Positions 1 through 13,761 of a stretch of DNA of 64,000 bases are shown here, piece by piece. The stretch spans positions 186,001 to 250,000 of the forward strand of contig MU004193.1 of NCBI GenBank assembly GCA_010093605.1. The letters run 5' to 3'. Positions within the stretch are counted from its first letter, which is position 1; every line of letters begins with the position of its first letter. Source of the DNA: Lophium mytilinum. Lineage: Eukaryota. Under the pieces are notes generated by a model. It searched no databases and was not told the DNA's origin. It saw only the letters and a program-made list of their open reading frames with translations. The position numbers and the translations under genes were made by a program.

Positions 1-96
1 GTGGATTGTGGATGTACCAACTGCCGTGGTCGTGTTGATACCTAGTGAAGGATATGCTGCTGGTGGCGCTGCCATGATGGAGTAGATTTCGGGCAT
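1..96 (-). CDS. Possible 5' end of a gene running off the window start (MPEIYSIMAAPPAAYPSLG...)
   Basis: ATG at 96 with an open frame to base 1; TATAA-like element near 153-159 upstream on the minus strand. Too short to identify. Confidence 0.3.
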   Translation of the reverse strand, partial: MPEIYSIMAAPPAAYPSLGINTTTAVGTSTIH

Positions 97-602
97 CGGC
101 TGCTGTGAGAGGTATGGGGCTGAGAGGCGGGTGGGTGGCCGGGGTGGATCTACTTATAATCGAATAAAGAAATTAATCACGTGAGCAGAGCTTGATCTAA
201 TGATCCACTCTTGCAATCGAAATTTCGGTTAAAATCCTGTCCTCCGGAACGCACCTCTGGGTACGGTCTTTCATAGCGATATCTCCTACTGACTGGTGTC
301 GATCTTGCTGAGCACCGTTTAGAAAGACACAGCTCCAGTAAGTCCTACACATCAAAGCGTGAGTGTGGTGACAATGTCTCGAACATCAACTCCTTTCTGA
401 ACATTAACTCTCGATCAACATGTCACGAGGCCCGTTGTCAAGCATTTTTCATGCTCTCACGAGTCTGGCTGTAGTTTCAAATACCATATACCATTCTGCC
501 AACCATCTAAATGATACCATGGCTCTCAAGCGCGCCCACAGCTTCGAGCTATTAGAGCCTTTCCACTCAAAGAGCTTATTCAAGCGCAGCAATCCATCCC
601 CC

Positions 603-1025
603 TCAACCCAACCCAACCAACAACCCCCCCACCACGCCCACCACCGGCGCGTACCCCCAATGCCCCCACTTGCCTCCCCCAGGGTGGGAATTCCTCGCCT
701 CAAACCCCCTCACAACCCACCCATCCACCCCCGCCACCGCGCCCGCAGCGACCAGAATCCACCCCAGCGCTTTTCCGCGCGCAGCAGCGAGGATCGCGAC
801 GCCCATGAAAACATCACGCGCGCCATAGATAACCAAGAGCGCGTCGAGGAGGTCAAGAACCTCTTTCGAAGCAGGTGCGGCAGAAGAGGTCGGCAGCGCG
901 GGGTCCGGGAACGGGAAGAAAGTAAGCGAGTGCCGGGGGCGCAGCATGGCGTTTAGGCCGAAGGCGATGAAGAGGGGGCCGAAGAGGAGGGAGGTTGCGC
1001 GGAGGGTGGTGCGGAGAGAGGGCAT
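603..1025 (-). CDS. Small membrane protein, DUF4267-like
   Basis: 140 aa with 3-4 hydrophobic segments and motifs FGLNAMLRP, YGARDVFMG, DGWVV, HWGYAPV typical of fungal DUF4267 proteins. Confidence 0.7.
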   Translation of the reverse strand: MPSLRTTLRATSLLFGPLFIAFGLNAMLRPRHSLTFFPFPDPALPTSSAAPASKEVLDLLDALLVIYGARDVFMGVAILAAARGKALGWILVAAGAVAGVDGWVVRGFEARNSHPGGGKWGHWGYAPVVGVVGGLLVGLG

Positions 1026-1708
1026 TTTTGGAGGGGTGGGTTTGAGGAGTTGTGTTATGTGGGCTTTTGGAAGGCGTGAGGTTGAGTGAGGTTTGGGTGG
1101 TCTTGATTGGGTTGAGGAGGATGCTTGGGGTTGAGATGGGGTTGGGAACTGGATGGGTGTTTATGTATTGAGAGTTGATGAGATTCGGGGTCCGCGGTCG
1201 CCGGGGCTGTCCGAGCGTCGCGGGAGCTGATTGGTTCGTTGGGTTTGAGGCTGGCGGAGGATGGAGTGGCGTTTAGGCAACAAGGGGAATTTTACTGTGG
1301 TAGCTAGGTGCGGAGTGATTGTGAGTCATCGGAGGGGAGTGTCGTAGTTTGCCTGGATTCTTGAGAGGTTCTTGAGAAGGACTGCTTGGATCGGTTCAAA
1401 CTATACTCGTTTAGCTTTTTGTTCGAGGATACATTATTTCATGCATTGATAAGGGGAAGAAACGGATAGGAATAGAAATGAATAATATGACGCGTCTTTG
1501 GGTGGACGGGTGAAGAGAAACCTTTACATCATCTATGTTATTTAATCCGAACAGCTTGAATAGTTTGCAGTGCAATTTACCAAGCAGCACACCGCAAGAC
1601 TACCCACAAAGACAACTTCCAGCGAATACTCCCCTGACTTTCCGTCCATCAATTCCATGGAACCCGGTCCATGCGTTTCGTTCACAAGCTCCATCTCTCA
1701 CCTGAACC

Positions 1709-2457
1709 TCACATCAACAACCCCACCAACACCGCAACACCGAGCGCAGTAGCTCCATACCCAGCCGCCGTCCTCCCTCCGGCAGCAGCCCCTTGAAAAG
1801 CTACAGTCGTCGAATTCTGCACCTCCGGCACAACCGTAAACCAATCCGCCGCCACCGGCCCTCCCAATCCAGCCGCCGCCGCAAACCTCCCAACGTCGAA
1901 AACAGTCCGGTTACTCGCCAGCCCCTCACCCTTCCCATACCCCTCCCAGCCCTTCGGCATCGCGAAAGGCGCCGATGAGGAAGGTTGCGAAAACGCAAGA
2001 ATGACGTATCGATGTTCCGGGCTGCCCGCCGGCGGGGCAGGGTTGACGTACGGCGCGACGGCGGGCGTGGATGAGTTGGTAGTAGCGAAAAACGAGAGGT
2101 CGGGTTGTAGCCAGTGGAGGTATGGGGCGAAGGAGCGGTTTAGGGAGGCGTAGGGAGCGTCGAGGTCGATCATTAGGAGCAGAGATTTGGAGGTAGAATT
2201 GGAGCTGGCGGGGAGGTGGATGGTGGGTTGGGTTTTGGTGGCTGGGGCGCGGGTTAGGTTTGGATATTGGAAGGTAGACATGGGGTGGACGTACTGTTCA
2301 AGGGAATGCGGAGGCCGGGTGGGGAGATGTTCAGAGCACCGAATGAGGCGGTTAGGTGGGTGTTGGTGGCAGGTGAGTAGCCCGGGGGCGTTTGGGCGCT
2401 AGAAAGGATAGCGCAGAGGCCGAGAATTGTCGCGAGGGGGGTGCTAAGGCTGAACAT
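1709..2457 (-). CDS. Secreted, probably GPI-anchored PEBP (phosphatidylethanolamine-binding) family protein, 2 exons
   Basis: Signal peptide MFSLSTPLATILGLCAILSSA; intron ~2244-2294 (GTACGT..CTAAC..CAG); PEBP motifs MIDLDAP, YLHW, PYVNPAPPAGSPEHRY; hydrophobic C-terminal tail. Confidence 0.8.
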
Positions 2458-3123
2458 GATGCGGTGTGCGGCGATGTTGAAGTGATACTTGTGATGGAGA
2501 GGGAATGTTGAGATAGGGATAGAAGGCGGGAAGCGACAACACGCCTTTAAATATGGCGTTGAAATGAGTTGAGAATTGAGAAAACGTAAACGCAGCGTCC
2601 GGAGTTAGGGGTCGTATTTTGGTATACAGTGGACTTAGTAGCCTTGCCATCTCCGAGTGTTTAAGAATGTAGTTTATTTTTACGCTGCCCAGGTCTCAAC
2701 AGGGAGGAGACCCGACTCAGCTTCCCAAGCGACCCTGAAAGACCTTTTGATTGGGCGAGTGGCACCTGTAATGGTCTAATCAGCGTATGGTTGGATGTAT
2801 TGATTGGGTTCAGTTCGTTCCTAGTCGAGTTAGTGATCCGAAGAGGCTGAAACTGATACCACTAGCGAAAATTACTTCTTTTGGGTTAGCGGCCGAGATC
2901 ACGCTTCCTGCAATCTGATTCCCGCCTTTACGATGTAGAAGCCTAACAACTACTGTGTTGCAAACTGCGTAGTATATTAGCGCTGGGATTCTACGTACAT
3001 CTACATGCAGCCATTGCAGGCTGAGACGCAACTCGCAACTGTATTCATAGTAAACACACCGCTTTTCGCATTAACCAGACGACAGGAAAGGATTTCAACT
3101 CAACATGCTTTCCCACATTCCCT

Positions 3124-4991
3124 CTAAGACGCATCCGCACCCCAGTTTCCCCGTCCCTCCGCCACTCTCAGCTGTGCCCAGCCCTTCAGCGCCATGACCA
3201 CAGTACTCCAAGCCATTAAAAAAGCCGCTAGCCCCATCGTGATATTAAAGACGAACCCGGCACCTAGTTCGTTCCACTCAAGCCCAGCCACGGTATCCTT
3301 ATTGCTCATCATAAACAGCATCCCGCCCGCGACGAGACAAAAGCTGCTTATTACCTCCGTCGGCGGCCGCTGTGGGAGGTGGCCCACCGGCGGTTTGATA
3401 TACATCAGAGCGTACGTGGCCATGCGCGCCAGCGCGAAACCGGAGAACAGGTTTCCCCACTGTGTGTGAATCATCGTGCTCACCATGCTCGTTTGGTGGT
3501 GCGAGCTCATCATGCGCCCGAGGAGGTAGATGATGAGCGCCGGCATGGGATTCATGGAGAAGGCGTATTGCGCAGGTTGCGCGAAAGAAGCGCGGGGCTC
3601 ACCGGGCAAGGTAGAGTCGGCTCTGATGATTGTGATGTTGGACATGAGGAGATCGCGGACATGGGTAGACTCAATAATCATGCCCACCTGTAGAAAAAAG
3701 CATGCTGTGATCAGCTAGCGTCTTATCTAAATATGGGTTGAGAGGGAACGAAAATGCAAGCAGGGGTAAATGGGAAACGGAGAGTAAACTTACCAGTCCC
3801 CCGCCGAAGAACATGAGCGTGATTGATACGTGCTCTAAATCCCTCGCATGCCATTTACCGTCTTGGTTGGAAAGATGCTCTAAGAAGACGTTTGAGACGC
3901 CATAGAAACAAATCACCGCCGACTCGACGAACTCGGCGGATGGCATGGACGCGAGTGCGCCGACTAGATTGCGCGACGGCTTGCGGTTCCACGCCCATCC
4001 CATGTCGGCGAAGCACCCCATCCATCGCCCAAAGGTCAGAAAGCCGTACCAGAAGAAGATGCCGCCCTTGATGAAGTGGGCTACGCCGTTGAAGATGTGG
4101 CGGCCGTGCTGGCGGTTGGGTTAGCCATCGACACGAAACCATCGGTGGGCAAGGCCTTGACCTACGAAAATGCCGGTGTAGATAACGACGCCCGTGGTGA
4201 TACCTAGGAATCCAAGGACAAGCGCGGCGCGTTCGAGCACCAGATGGAAGAGGCGAAGTGCGCGAATGGTGCGCTCGAGGCGCGCAAAATTGCCCTTGAA
4301 GAAGCGGTCCACGATCTTGCCGCGTAGGAACCCATGTTTCTCATCCTCCCCGGAGTCGCTTTCATCGTAGTCTTGAATGTGCTCACCGGTGCTATCCGCT
4401 ATCAAACGCGCTGACTGCCAACCTGACGCTTCGATCTGCGACGGAGACTCAGTCCCGTCGAAGCGTCGCTTGTGCAACTTGCGGCGGGTATAGGTATCAG
4501 CGAGGCCGAGAAGCACCCAAGCAAACGCAAGCACGGTTATGATATATCCAATCATACCGTGCTTCCCATGCTCGTATAAATTAGGGGTCGATTGGTTATA
4601 AATGATACCTGTTAGCACCCCAACTGCATTTATCACAAGGAACACCAGCTGTGCTGCCATGGTGAGGCGCGAGCGGGCCACGCTGAAGACAACAGCTGGG
4701 ATGGCAGCTTAATTAGCCTTCGAAATATTCGGAGGACTCCCGGATGGTTGCAGGCTTACCGACCGGCAACGCAAACACCCATCCGATGATCATCAATCCA
4801 ATGTGCGTCAGAACAAGGCTGAGCTGCTCGGGGTGCCGCATATAACTTGGTGGAAAATGAGACTCGTCAGATGAATTGCGCATCGGCCCCGTGAGTTCAT
4901 TTCCGCCCTCCTCGCCGTGGGCAGCAGCCACTGCCGCGAATTCCAGTAGGACGATACTGGTGGGAAAGGCGATAGTACTCCATCCCTTCAT
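3124..4991 (-). CDS. YTP1: YTP1-like integral membrane protein (DUF2427 + Ytp1 domains), multi-exon
   Basis: Exon ORFs join into signal peptide ...AAAHG, HIGLMIIGW, YNQSTPNLYEHGKH, HIFNGVAHFIKGGIFFWYG, FLEHL..DLEHVSI, MSSHHQTSMVSTMIHTQWGNLF; canonical introns. Confidence 0.8.
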
Positions 4992-6426
4992 CACGCCTGA
5001 CTGTAACTGTATCGAAGGGATAGTCTGCGTGGCCAGCTTTGAGGCGATAGAGGCTCTTGTAGATATCCGGGCGTGTTGGATTATACGAGCTATTGAAATG
5101 AGGCTGTCGAGGATGGGAAGGGTGCGATGTGCAAGTAGCAAAGGAAATGTTTGAAGGGTTTATATGAAGCCAAAAAAACGAATGATCCTCCATCACCGCG
5201 CGTGATTCAGTGGGCACTGGATTCGAATGAGGATTCTGAGCTTCGGATGCGAGGTCACCACCCTCGAACGCGGTGCTTCGCCCCACTAGTGTCGTGTCAT
5301 TGCCTACTATGCGCCGCATGCCGGTCCATCATCGCGCCGCTCGGAGCGTTCAGATTGGTTAGGCCGTAATCTGCAACCGGTGTGTTTAAGCACAGAAATG
5401 CTTTGTGGTGTGGCATGGAAGAAGTAGACGAAATCCTACAGTCGCCAAGTACGGGTGCGTCGCTTGAAGTTACGGTGGAGCCAATCAACGAGCGCGGCTT
5501 ACCCGCAGGCATACGCAATTCCGGCAGAGCCGGCTAAAAGTATGTAGAGACCCACAAACGAAACGGTAAACGTGCCGGGACGCTTGGGCAGTGGCAAGGA
5601 ATATGCTAACTGTTCATTGGATCCTTCGTATAATCTACTGCTGAACAATGAATGAGGGCCCGTCCAATAGCTTCTGCCGTGTAAGTAGAGCCTTGATCGC
5701 TCTGGTCATTGGGGCTCATTTCTATACATATATTGGCTAGGGTCCTGTTTCCACCCCGATCTTTGGTGTGCGTCAGAGTACACAGACTCTACTATCGCAA
5801 CTCTTCATTTAAGGGGTGATATCGTCGCGAGTGCTTTGTACTTGAACGTCTTTGAAGCACCGCACGATTGACATTGCTTCGTTTCGTTACTTATTGCGGT
5901 TGGTCTTTCCGCTCGGCCCACCCATCTTACCTCCACAGCATTTTGACTACTGGCATAGATGATTTGTAGACAGTCGTTTCGCTATTTTCACTTTCGAGGC
6001 TCGGTTCCTCGTGGCTTTCAAACTCCCTCGAACTCTCACATCCTCGAAAGATGTTTGGACACCTCGTGTCGCTGTCTTTACGGCCTTCCATACAATGCTT
6101 TGCCTCATTGCTGTCATCCAAGCAGCTGATGACTTTATTGTCTTGGACCAATGGAGCATGACATGAATGAGCAAGACCTAGAGTGGCCTACGATGCAAGC
6201 ACGTCCACTCGAGGACCTGCCTACAGGTATGCCATCCTGATACGATCCGAGGCCTGAGCCTTAAGCCGGATGGCCGCCACTCAAGATACTCTTGATGAGG
6301 CTTTTAACATATATGGCCGTATCACGGCATCGCCGAGGGACCCACGAACGACATTGAGCCGGAAGGCCCATATCTGAAGCTCAGATGTAGATGGCTTTGG
6401 TGTAGATGGTGACGAGCGTGTCATTG

Positions 6427-8152
6427 TCATACACAGACAGAATCATCCCATATATGCCACGCACCAAATGGTCCCCACGGCTTCGCACGAAACGAGGCTC
6501 CTGATCTTTGATCGGAAGCGCAGTTGTTCGAAATGAGACTGTTGTGGATCCGGGAAGTCTGGACATGTCTGATGTTGTGTACAGGTAGCTCAGGACTCGA
6601 TTTATGATCCGACGCCAATGAGAGATCCCCTCGCAAGCAGTCTTCCGGAGAGTGCGGTTTCTGAGTGTGCTTTCGAGATTCTTCTATGGCCTTGGCGCGT
6701 TCGGCAATCTTGAAGAAAACGTGCACATCCCAAAGGCTTTCACGGAGGAGCGCTTTTAGGAGTAGGTCCGACGCCCTTTTGCGGATTGTGGCATCGCGAC
6801 ACTCCCTTGCAACCCAGTAGAGCGATGGTATCATACCCATGCCAAACGAAAATTTGTTGTGTCCTGGTGTTTGAGGCGGTGAGGTGGCTGTTGAACCGGG
6901 TGAATTGCGCTTTGATGGCGAGTCTTGCACAAGGCTCTCGCAGAGGCGGACGATTTCTTCAAAGTTGGACGTGTGGAGATTGAGATCAGCTCCATCCACG
7001 GAGAGGCACACTGAGAGCCAAACGAGGATGGTACGGTGGTGCAGGCGCAAGATGTTCGCCGTGTTCTCGTTGACATAGTGACCTAATTTAGCTGCGCTTT
7101 TTACGTACTGCTCCATACAGCTGTACCAGTGCTGCAGCCGCCGCTCAAACTTAACCTTTTCAATGAGATCGGCCAAGGCAATGCTCTCCTTGTCAGCTTT
7201 GTCACTAGCAACTTTGATGAAGCGGAAGACTTGGCTGAACAGCTCGAACAGATTACGGCGGGCACTTTCCAATGATGTGAAGGTCGCGAATTCGGTCGTT
7301 GCGACGTGGCCGGAGGTATCGAATGCATGCGTCTGCCCGAACAGAAGGCAAAGCACACTCAGGTGCTGGAATACCGGCGCAACCTCCTTGTCAACCGTGT
7401 GCATGTCTGCGATCTGTTGATGTGACCTGTCGGCAATCTCGGTAGAGCCGAGACTGTTGAGGATCCTGAAGCCGTTCGCCACGTGGACGATTGCAGTTTC
7501 GAAGTTGCCGCAGAGAAGCTCTAGGCACGTAAAGAGCAGACAGGCGACTAGGGGAACAAGGCTTGAACTGGGATCCGAGGTGATCCTCTGCGAGAGGCTT
7601 TGCATGGCCTGGCTAGCCTTTTTCAGGGCCAGAGGGTTAGGCCGGAGAACGCTCGGTTGAGAGTAGCAGCGAATAGACTCAAGATCCCTAGACTCAAGAT
7701 CCCTGTGCACAGCACATATCGCAACCACGGCGTGTTGTATCGCAGGTTCTGTCTGTGACATTTGCGGAATAAGAACGTTCCAAAAAGCAGCGTCAGAGTA
7801 ACTGGAGAGCTTCGGAGCTACGTAGCGCTGGTACAGCTTGAGCTCGTAGCAGCCAGGATCTGGCAACAGTCTCTTCTGGGCTGCCAGCGGTGCTACCAAA
7901 GTGCTCGTCGCTATGGTCTTTCGAGACTTGGCTCGTTGAGGAGGCTTGTAGCCATCACACTTGAATCCAGCGGAGATGCATTGCCGACAGAATGGCTTCT
8001 CTTCGTCGCACTTCAGATGCCGTTTTCTTTGGGTCCCTGTCAGTCAGTTTCTTCAACGCTTGACACAAAGAAACATACTTGCAGGTGATGCAGCCAGTCC
8101 GCACTCTTAGCACGCGTGCTCGTGTTCTTTTTATTACAGGAGCATCTGCCAT
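6427..8152 (-). CDS. Zn(II)2Cys6 transcription factor with fungal-specific C-terminal domain
   Basis: RVRTGCITCK|intron ~8031-8078|KRHLKCDEEKPFCRQCISAGFKCDGY, in frame with the 490-aa ORF (FWNVLIPQMSQTEPAIQHAVVAI, CLLFTCLELLCG). Confidence 0.85.
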
Positions 8153-8716
8153 AATGTTACCCGGCGCTGCACGCCGTCTGACGTTAACAGGTTCGATTAT
8201 TGGCGGAGACGCATGAGAAGAAGAAGAGGTTATGAACGAAAGGAAAGAGTGCAGAAAGAAAGCGAACCGAACATGAGCCTCGCAAGCCACGCAAGCTTCT
8301 CTTGGCTAATCAGCCGCGTTGCCGAGGAATTTGAGCATGACACCTGCTGGGGTAAGATAGCGTGGCCTCCCATTGGCTCCGGAGTTGGTAGGAGCCATCA
8401 CTTGCTTACATAAGATCTATTAGGCATGTGGAGATGGAAGTCAAAAGCAAGGCATCATACGCCCGAAAGCGGCGACTGGCATGCCCTGGCGTGGAGTCGA
8501 CGTCTCGCTCGATGAAAAGTCAAGAGATTATCTATTAAATAGATCATATGGGTCTTGTATCTTGCACTCGAGCACCTCCAACTGTGCTAAGCATATGTTC
8601 TTACACTCTTAACAAGGTACTATAAACACACCGCTCTTTCATCTAATAGCATCAAGAGAGACCAGGTGCTATTCCTATTATTCCTCAAAAGTAAGCTCCA
8701 TCCAGCCCCAGCGCAG

Positions 8717-10165
8717 TCAAGCAGCAACCCCAATCCTTACCGGTAGCCCCACTCCAGGACCACAACAATCATAATAAGACAGCTCAACCTCAACCGCCTC
8801 AATCCTCTCCAGCGCGAGCTTACTAATCCCCGCCATCGTCCCGCCCCTCCGCCATTGCTCAAAGTACCTCCTAGCACAACCCCGCTGCACCGCCAACGGG
8901 CCATGCACAGCAACCAGATACAGCGGGAGCGACATCCGGTTATACGCACAGCCAATCCGCTTCTGATACAAAAACGCTGCGGCATCGAGGATTCGCGCGT
9001 GGTAATCTATTAAGTCGGTTGTGCTGCGTGCGTCAAGCTTGTCCTGCGACAACGTTGACGCTAGCGCGAGGAGGATGTGCACGGCGTTGAAGTACATGAA
9101 AGCGAGAGCGGTCATGGCATCGCGGTAGTAGACGCTGGAGGATTCATTCCAGGTCATAGGAGTAGCGGAGAGGGCGGCGCTTTGCGTGGTGTATTCTAGC
9201 CACAAGGCGTCAATGGCGTTGGATATCTGGGAGATGGTTGTGGGATCTGGGATTTGGCGCGTGGGCGCGGATGGGTAGAAGGTTAGCAAGATAGTTGCGA
9301 GGGTCAAGAGACGCTGGACTGTTGGGATTTTGTTGGAGAGGTCTAGGCGCAAGAGAGGGTCTGGAGAGGGGGAGGGTTGTGAGCATCCTAACAATGAGAG
9401 GAATGCCTGTGGATGTTAGTCTGATATCTGTGTATCGATCGCGTTGGAACGGACTTGATGGAACCGGACGTAGTAGAAGACCTCTTTCAGCAACGTCGGA
9501 GAGTGGCAGCTCAACATGGCTAGCTCAACCAGTTTTGCAGAGCCAGTGATGTGGCTAATGAACCCAGCTGATGAAGCTCCGTCCATGGACTCGTAGAGTG
9601 AGAGCATCACCGAAGTACATATCAACGCAATATCGGGAGTACTTGTATTGCTTCTTTCTTTCGTGAGACTGGACGAATGTGCCGCGAGAGCTTTACCATA
9701 GAGCTGGCAAGCCTTTCTCAGCACTGCTGGGTTTGCAAGTTCCATACCACAGAACGCAGTAGTCGTCGCTTGGACCGCCAATCCCAACGCCTCGTTTCGG
9801 TTATCGGACAGCTCAGGCAGCACATGCATCCACGTCCTTCGCGATCCACCCTGATCAGACGACGTGAAATAATACAAAAACTTGGCGAAAAAAGCTTCAG
9901 CGGCGATGGAAGACTCGGAAGGCAGATAGGGTATCCCGATACAATTGGGTGGGGCCATGTGGATCACTTCGGCGTTTCTTCGAAGATTTTCTTTTGTTCG
10001 CGCGCGGCGCTCCGTGGCGAGAGTCACGTCCACGATAAGGGGTCCTTGAATAGGGCCAGGACAGCTTCGCCCAGCTCGTGTGCATTGGGCACAGTGGGGC
10101 GTGGTTGCGTCGCATTTGATGCGTTTTTGGCGACATGTACGGCATGCGCGAGTGCGATGGACCAT
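8717..10165 (-). CDS. Zn(II)2Cys6 transcription factor, 2 exons
   Basis: CRTCRQKRIKCDATTPHCAQCTRAGRSC binuclear cluster; LYGKAL..H and LSLYE motifs; intron ~9408-9455 (GTCCGT..CTAAC..CAG). Confidence 0.85.
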
Positions 10166-11879
10166 TGTGACAAACGAAAACAGAAGATGTATCTATGGAA
10201 GACCGACGGATGCAGTGTAGGCTCGTATAGTCGTAGTAAGAAATGAGTAAGTAAGAGGGATGGGGTTGATGAGACAGGGCAAACGCAGAGTGGGACGAGG
10301 CTGAGGTTGAAGCCAAGACCGGAGCTTCCGGAGCTATACCGGATATAACAAACTCGGTCACATCAACCAATCAGAAAATCCTAGACTGTTTAGCCTGCGC
10401 TAGTACCTGATACGCGACTCGTATTGGTAAAGCCAGCCAAGAAGCGAGTAAACTTAGCCCAGATGCAGGGATTGTGGAAAAAGAGTCAAAGGAAAAGAGA
10501 TGGCGTCACAACGTTACAACGTTACAGCGCGGTTCATAGATGTGGTCTGATAACGGAAAATTGTGGCCTTGCCTACCCGCTTGATCGAACGAGTCTTCTC
10601 CATTGCAAAAGATGAAACCGTAGATGAAAACTCTTCTGATCCCGCTTAGTTGTGACAAACTTTGTGGAGGAGCTGTGGAGGTAGATCGTGAGGTTTATTT
10701 GACTGCTTTGAGCGCGGTGTTTTATCTTGTATGGAGTGGTTAGGGCTCACTCCACACTCACGGGCTGTCGCAAGTACCAACACGCACTTGGAGACGAAGG
10801 AAAGGGACGCAGCAGGTGAGCTTTTGGATCGCGGGGCCCCGCGTACTTCAGCATTTAGTTCCGGGTATGATTGATGCTTGCAAAGCGTTGAAACGGCGCA
10901 GAACCTCTCCTGTAACTGGAGTGCGAAGGGTGATCAATCGGAAGAGCCCGCAAACCCTGAAACCCAACTGAACGTGGCAATGTGAACCGTCAGCGCTAAA
11001 GCGTGATTACTGTGAACGGATTCTGTGCGAGGCGGAAAGGCGAAGATCTTGGTATGGAATGGTCGACGAAGGCACGAAGAAGGCGCGAAGAAGCAGGGTT
11101 TCTGCGCACATGAGGCTGTGAGAGTTCGTGCCTCAGTCTTGGCGCAAGGTTCCCTGAAACACGAAGGATTCAGCTCCACCTCTGTTAGATGCATCACGCG
11201 GCGTGCAACCATCGTGGGCCGGTTTTCCGGTGTTGCGGTTGGGCAAAATGGCACACTGACGTCGGTGGCGCCGGGATCATCGATCGCAGCACGCGCGAGC
11301 GACGGGACTGGCGCTGCGGGATGCCGTAAAGGGCTTGGAAAGCTTGGACTGTTGCTTGATCGCACCGTCATTGGGAAAACCAGCCTTCACCACCACGGAA
11401 TCATCGCCAGTACCGTACCTCGTTCCATCTCAATACTGCCATTGTGCATACATTGAAGTGCGGGATGGTTGGACATGCAGCCACTATGTAGCCGGCAAAC
11501 ATACCATCACTCAATTGCCCCGTTAGCGCTACCCTGCCGTGCCTCGAGCCGTGGCCTTCCTGCGACCCACTAAATAGCGGACTCCGGGCCTGTCGCATGC
11601 AGAGAATTCACCCCCCAGTGCTCCCGAGATGGCTCCCTAGCGCTTCCCCACAGCAGCACCGACGTCCTATGACGAAATGGAGTAAGCATACCTGACCGCA
11701 ACGACACACCACCACGCCAGCCCTGTGCCCCAACCACATCAAAGCACTTTGCCTTGCACCCATGGTGAGAGGCCTGTGTCCCCACAGCACTTAAGGTGAC
11801 CGACTCCCCGCTCGTCTCGACTTCCCACTCGCTTCACACCCTCCTCCCTCGCCATCTCTAGCCCCACTATTTCTTCATC

Positions 11880-13761
11880 ATGGTAGGCTTCAACGAGGAA
11901 GTCGAGAAGCATGAGCCTTCCGAGGGCTCATCTGAGAACGAAGTCGCAGCAAACATCTCCCGCAACCCCGAACTCGCCGCCGCTGCCACCGGCCAGCAGC
12001 AGGAGCATCTCGAGAAAGTCGGCACCTACGACAAAATCGAGATCACCGAGGAGGACTGCTATGACGAGCTTGGCTTCTCCTTCCCCAGCTGGAAGAAATG
12101 GACTATCCTCACCGTCGTTTTCTGGGTGCAGGTGTCTATGAACTTCAACACCAGTCTCTACTCCAACGCCGTCGGCGGCATCTCCAAAGAGTTTGGTGTC
12201 AGCGAGCAGGCCGCTCGTCTCGGTGCCGCTCTTTTCCTCATTCTCTACGCCTTTGGATGCGAGCTGTGGGCGCCCTGGAGTGAAGAACTAGGCCGATGGC
12301 CCATCATGCAGTGCAGTTTGATGCTGGTCAATATCTGGCAACGTAGGCGCATTCCTGCGTTCGACATGGGATCATAGCTAATGAACCGCAGTCCCCGTCG
12401 CTCTCGCAAAGAACTACGGCACCATCCTCGCCGGCCGTGTTCTCGGTGGTCTCTCCTCCGCTGGTGGCTCCGTCACCCTCGGAATGGTGGCCGACATGTG
12501 GGATTCCGACCACCAACAATACGCTGTCGCATACGTCGTCTTCTCCTCTGTCGGTGGATCCGTTCTCGGACCTGTCGTGGGTGGATTCGTCGAGGCATAC
12601 TGCGACTGGCGATGGTGCATCTGGGTGCAGCTGATCTTCGGCGGCGTCGTCCAAGCTTGCCATTTCTTCCTCGTCCCGGAGACCCGCACGACCATCATGA
12701 TGGACAAAATCGCAAAGAAGCGCCGCGCTGAGGGCGAGAAGAATGGCAAGGAAGTAAACATCTGGGGCCCGAATGAACTCGTCTCCTTCAGGGACCGCTT
12801 CTCCGCCAAGGAAGTCGTGATTACTTGGATCCGCCCCTTCAAAATGTTCCTCACCGAACCCATCGTCCTAGTCCTCTCCCTCCTTTCCGGTTTCTCCGAC
12901 GCTCTCATCTTCATGTTCCTGCAATCCTTCTCCCTCGTCTACAAGCAATGGCACTTCACCACCGTCGAACTCGGCCTAGCCTTCATCCCCATCGGCATCG
13001 GCTACTTCATCGCCTGGTTCTCCTTCATCCCCGCCATCAAGCGCAACATCAGAGAGCGCGCCAACAAGCCCGACGACGAGCGCGCCCAGTACGAATCCCG
13101 CCTCACCTGGCTCCTGTACACGGCCCCCTGCCTCCCCATCGGGCTGCTCGGCTTCGCGTGGACTTCGCTCCCGCAATGCCACTGGATCGGCACCATGATC
13201 TTCTCCGCCATCATCGGCATCGCCAACTACTCCATCTACATGGCCACCATCGACTACATGATCTGCGCCTACGGACCCTACTCGGCGTCCGCCACCGGCG
13301 GCAACGGCTGGTCCCGCGACTTCCTCGCCGGCGTGCTCACCCTCCCCGCCACGCCCTTCTACCAGAATATAGGCGGCAAGGACCACCTCGAGTACGCCTC
13401 CACCATCCTCTTCTGCATCGCGTTCTGTCTCGTTGCTGCTGTCTATGTTATTTATTGGAAGGGCCCGGTCTTGCGCAAACGCAGCCCCTTCGCGCAGCAG
13501 CTTAGCGCGGCTCGCGAGGCCGGCGGCCGCCGCGTCAGCTCCATCCCGGGCTTATATGGCTCGAACTACGGCAGCCGCAACGCCAGTCGCGTCGGCAGTA
13601 TCGCGAGCGGTAGCCGCGGCCCGAGTCGGAGGGGGAGTTTCATCCCCTCGCATGCTGGGCGCCCGTCGGCGGGGAGCAGGCAGCAGAGCCATGCGCAGAT
13701 GGCGCGGAGGGTTGAAGAGGCGAATAAGCATTTGAGGGAGGAGCAGGTGGCGGAGCCATAG
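11880..13761 (+). CDS. MFS transporter (DHA1-type multidrug/polyamine family), 2 exons
   Basis: WKKWTIL, WAPWSEELGR, LVPETR, PFKMFLTEPIV, YGPYSASATGGN; ~12 TM segments; intron ~12343-12391. Confidence 0.9.

Noticed and set aside
12825..13505. 226-aa His/Arg/Pro-rich alternate-frame ORF inside the MFS gene
   Set aside because: Expected artefact of strong C-ending codon bias.
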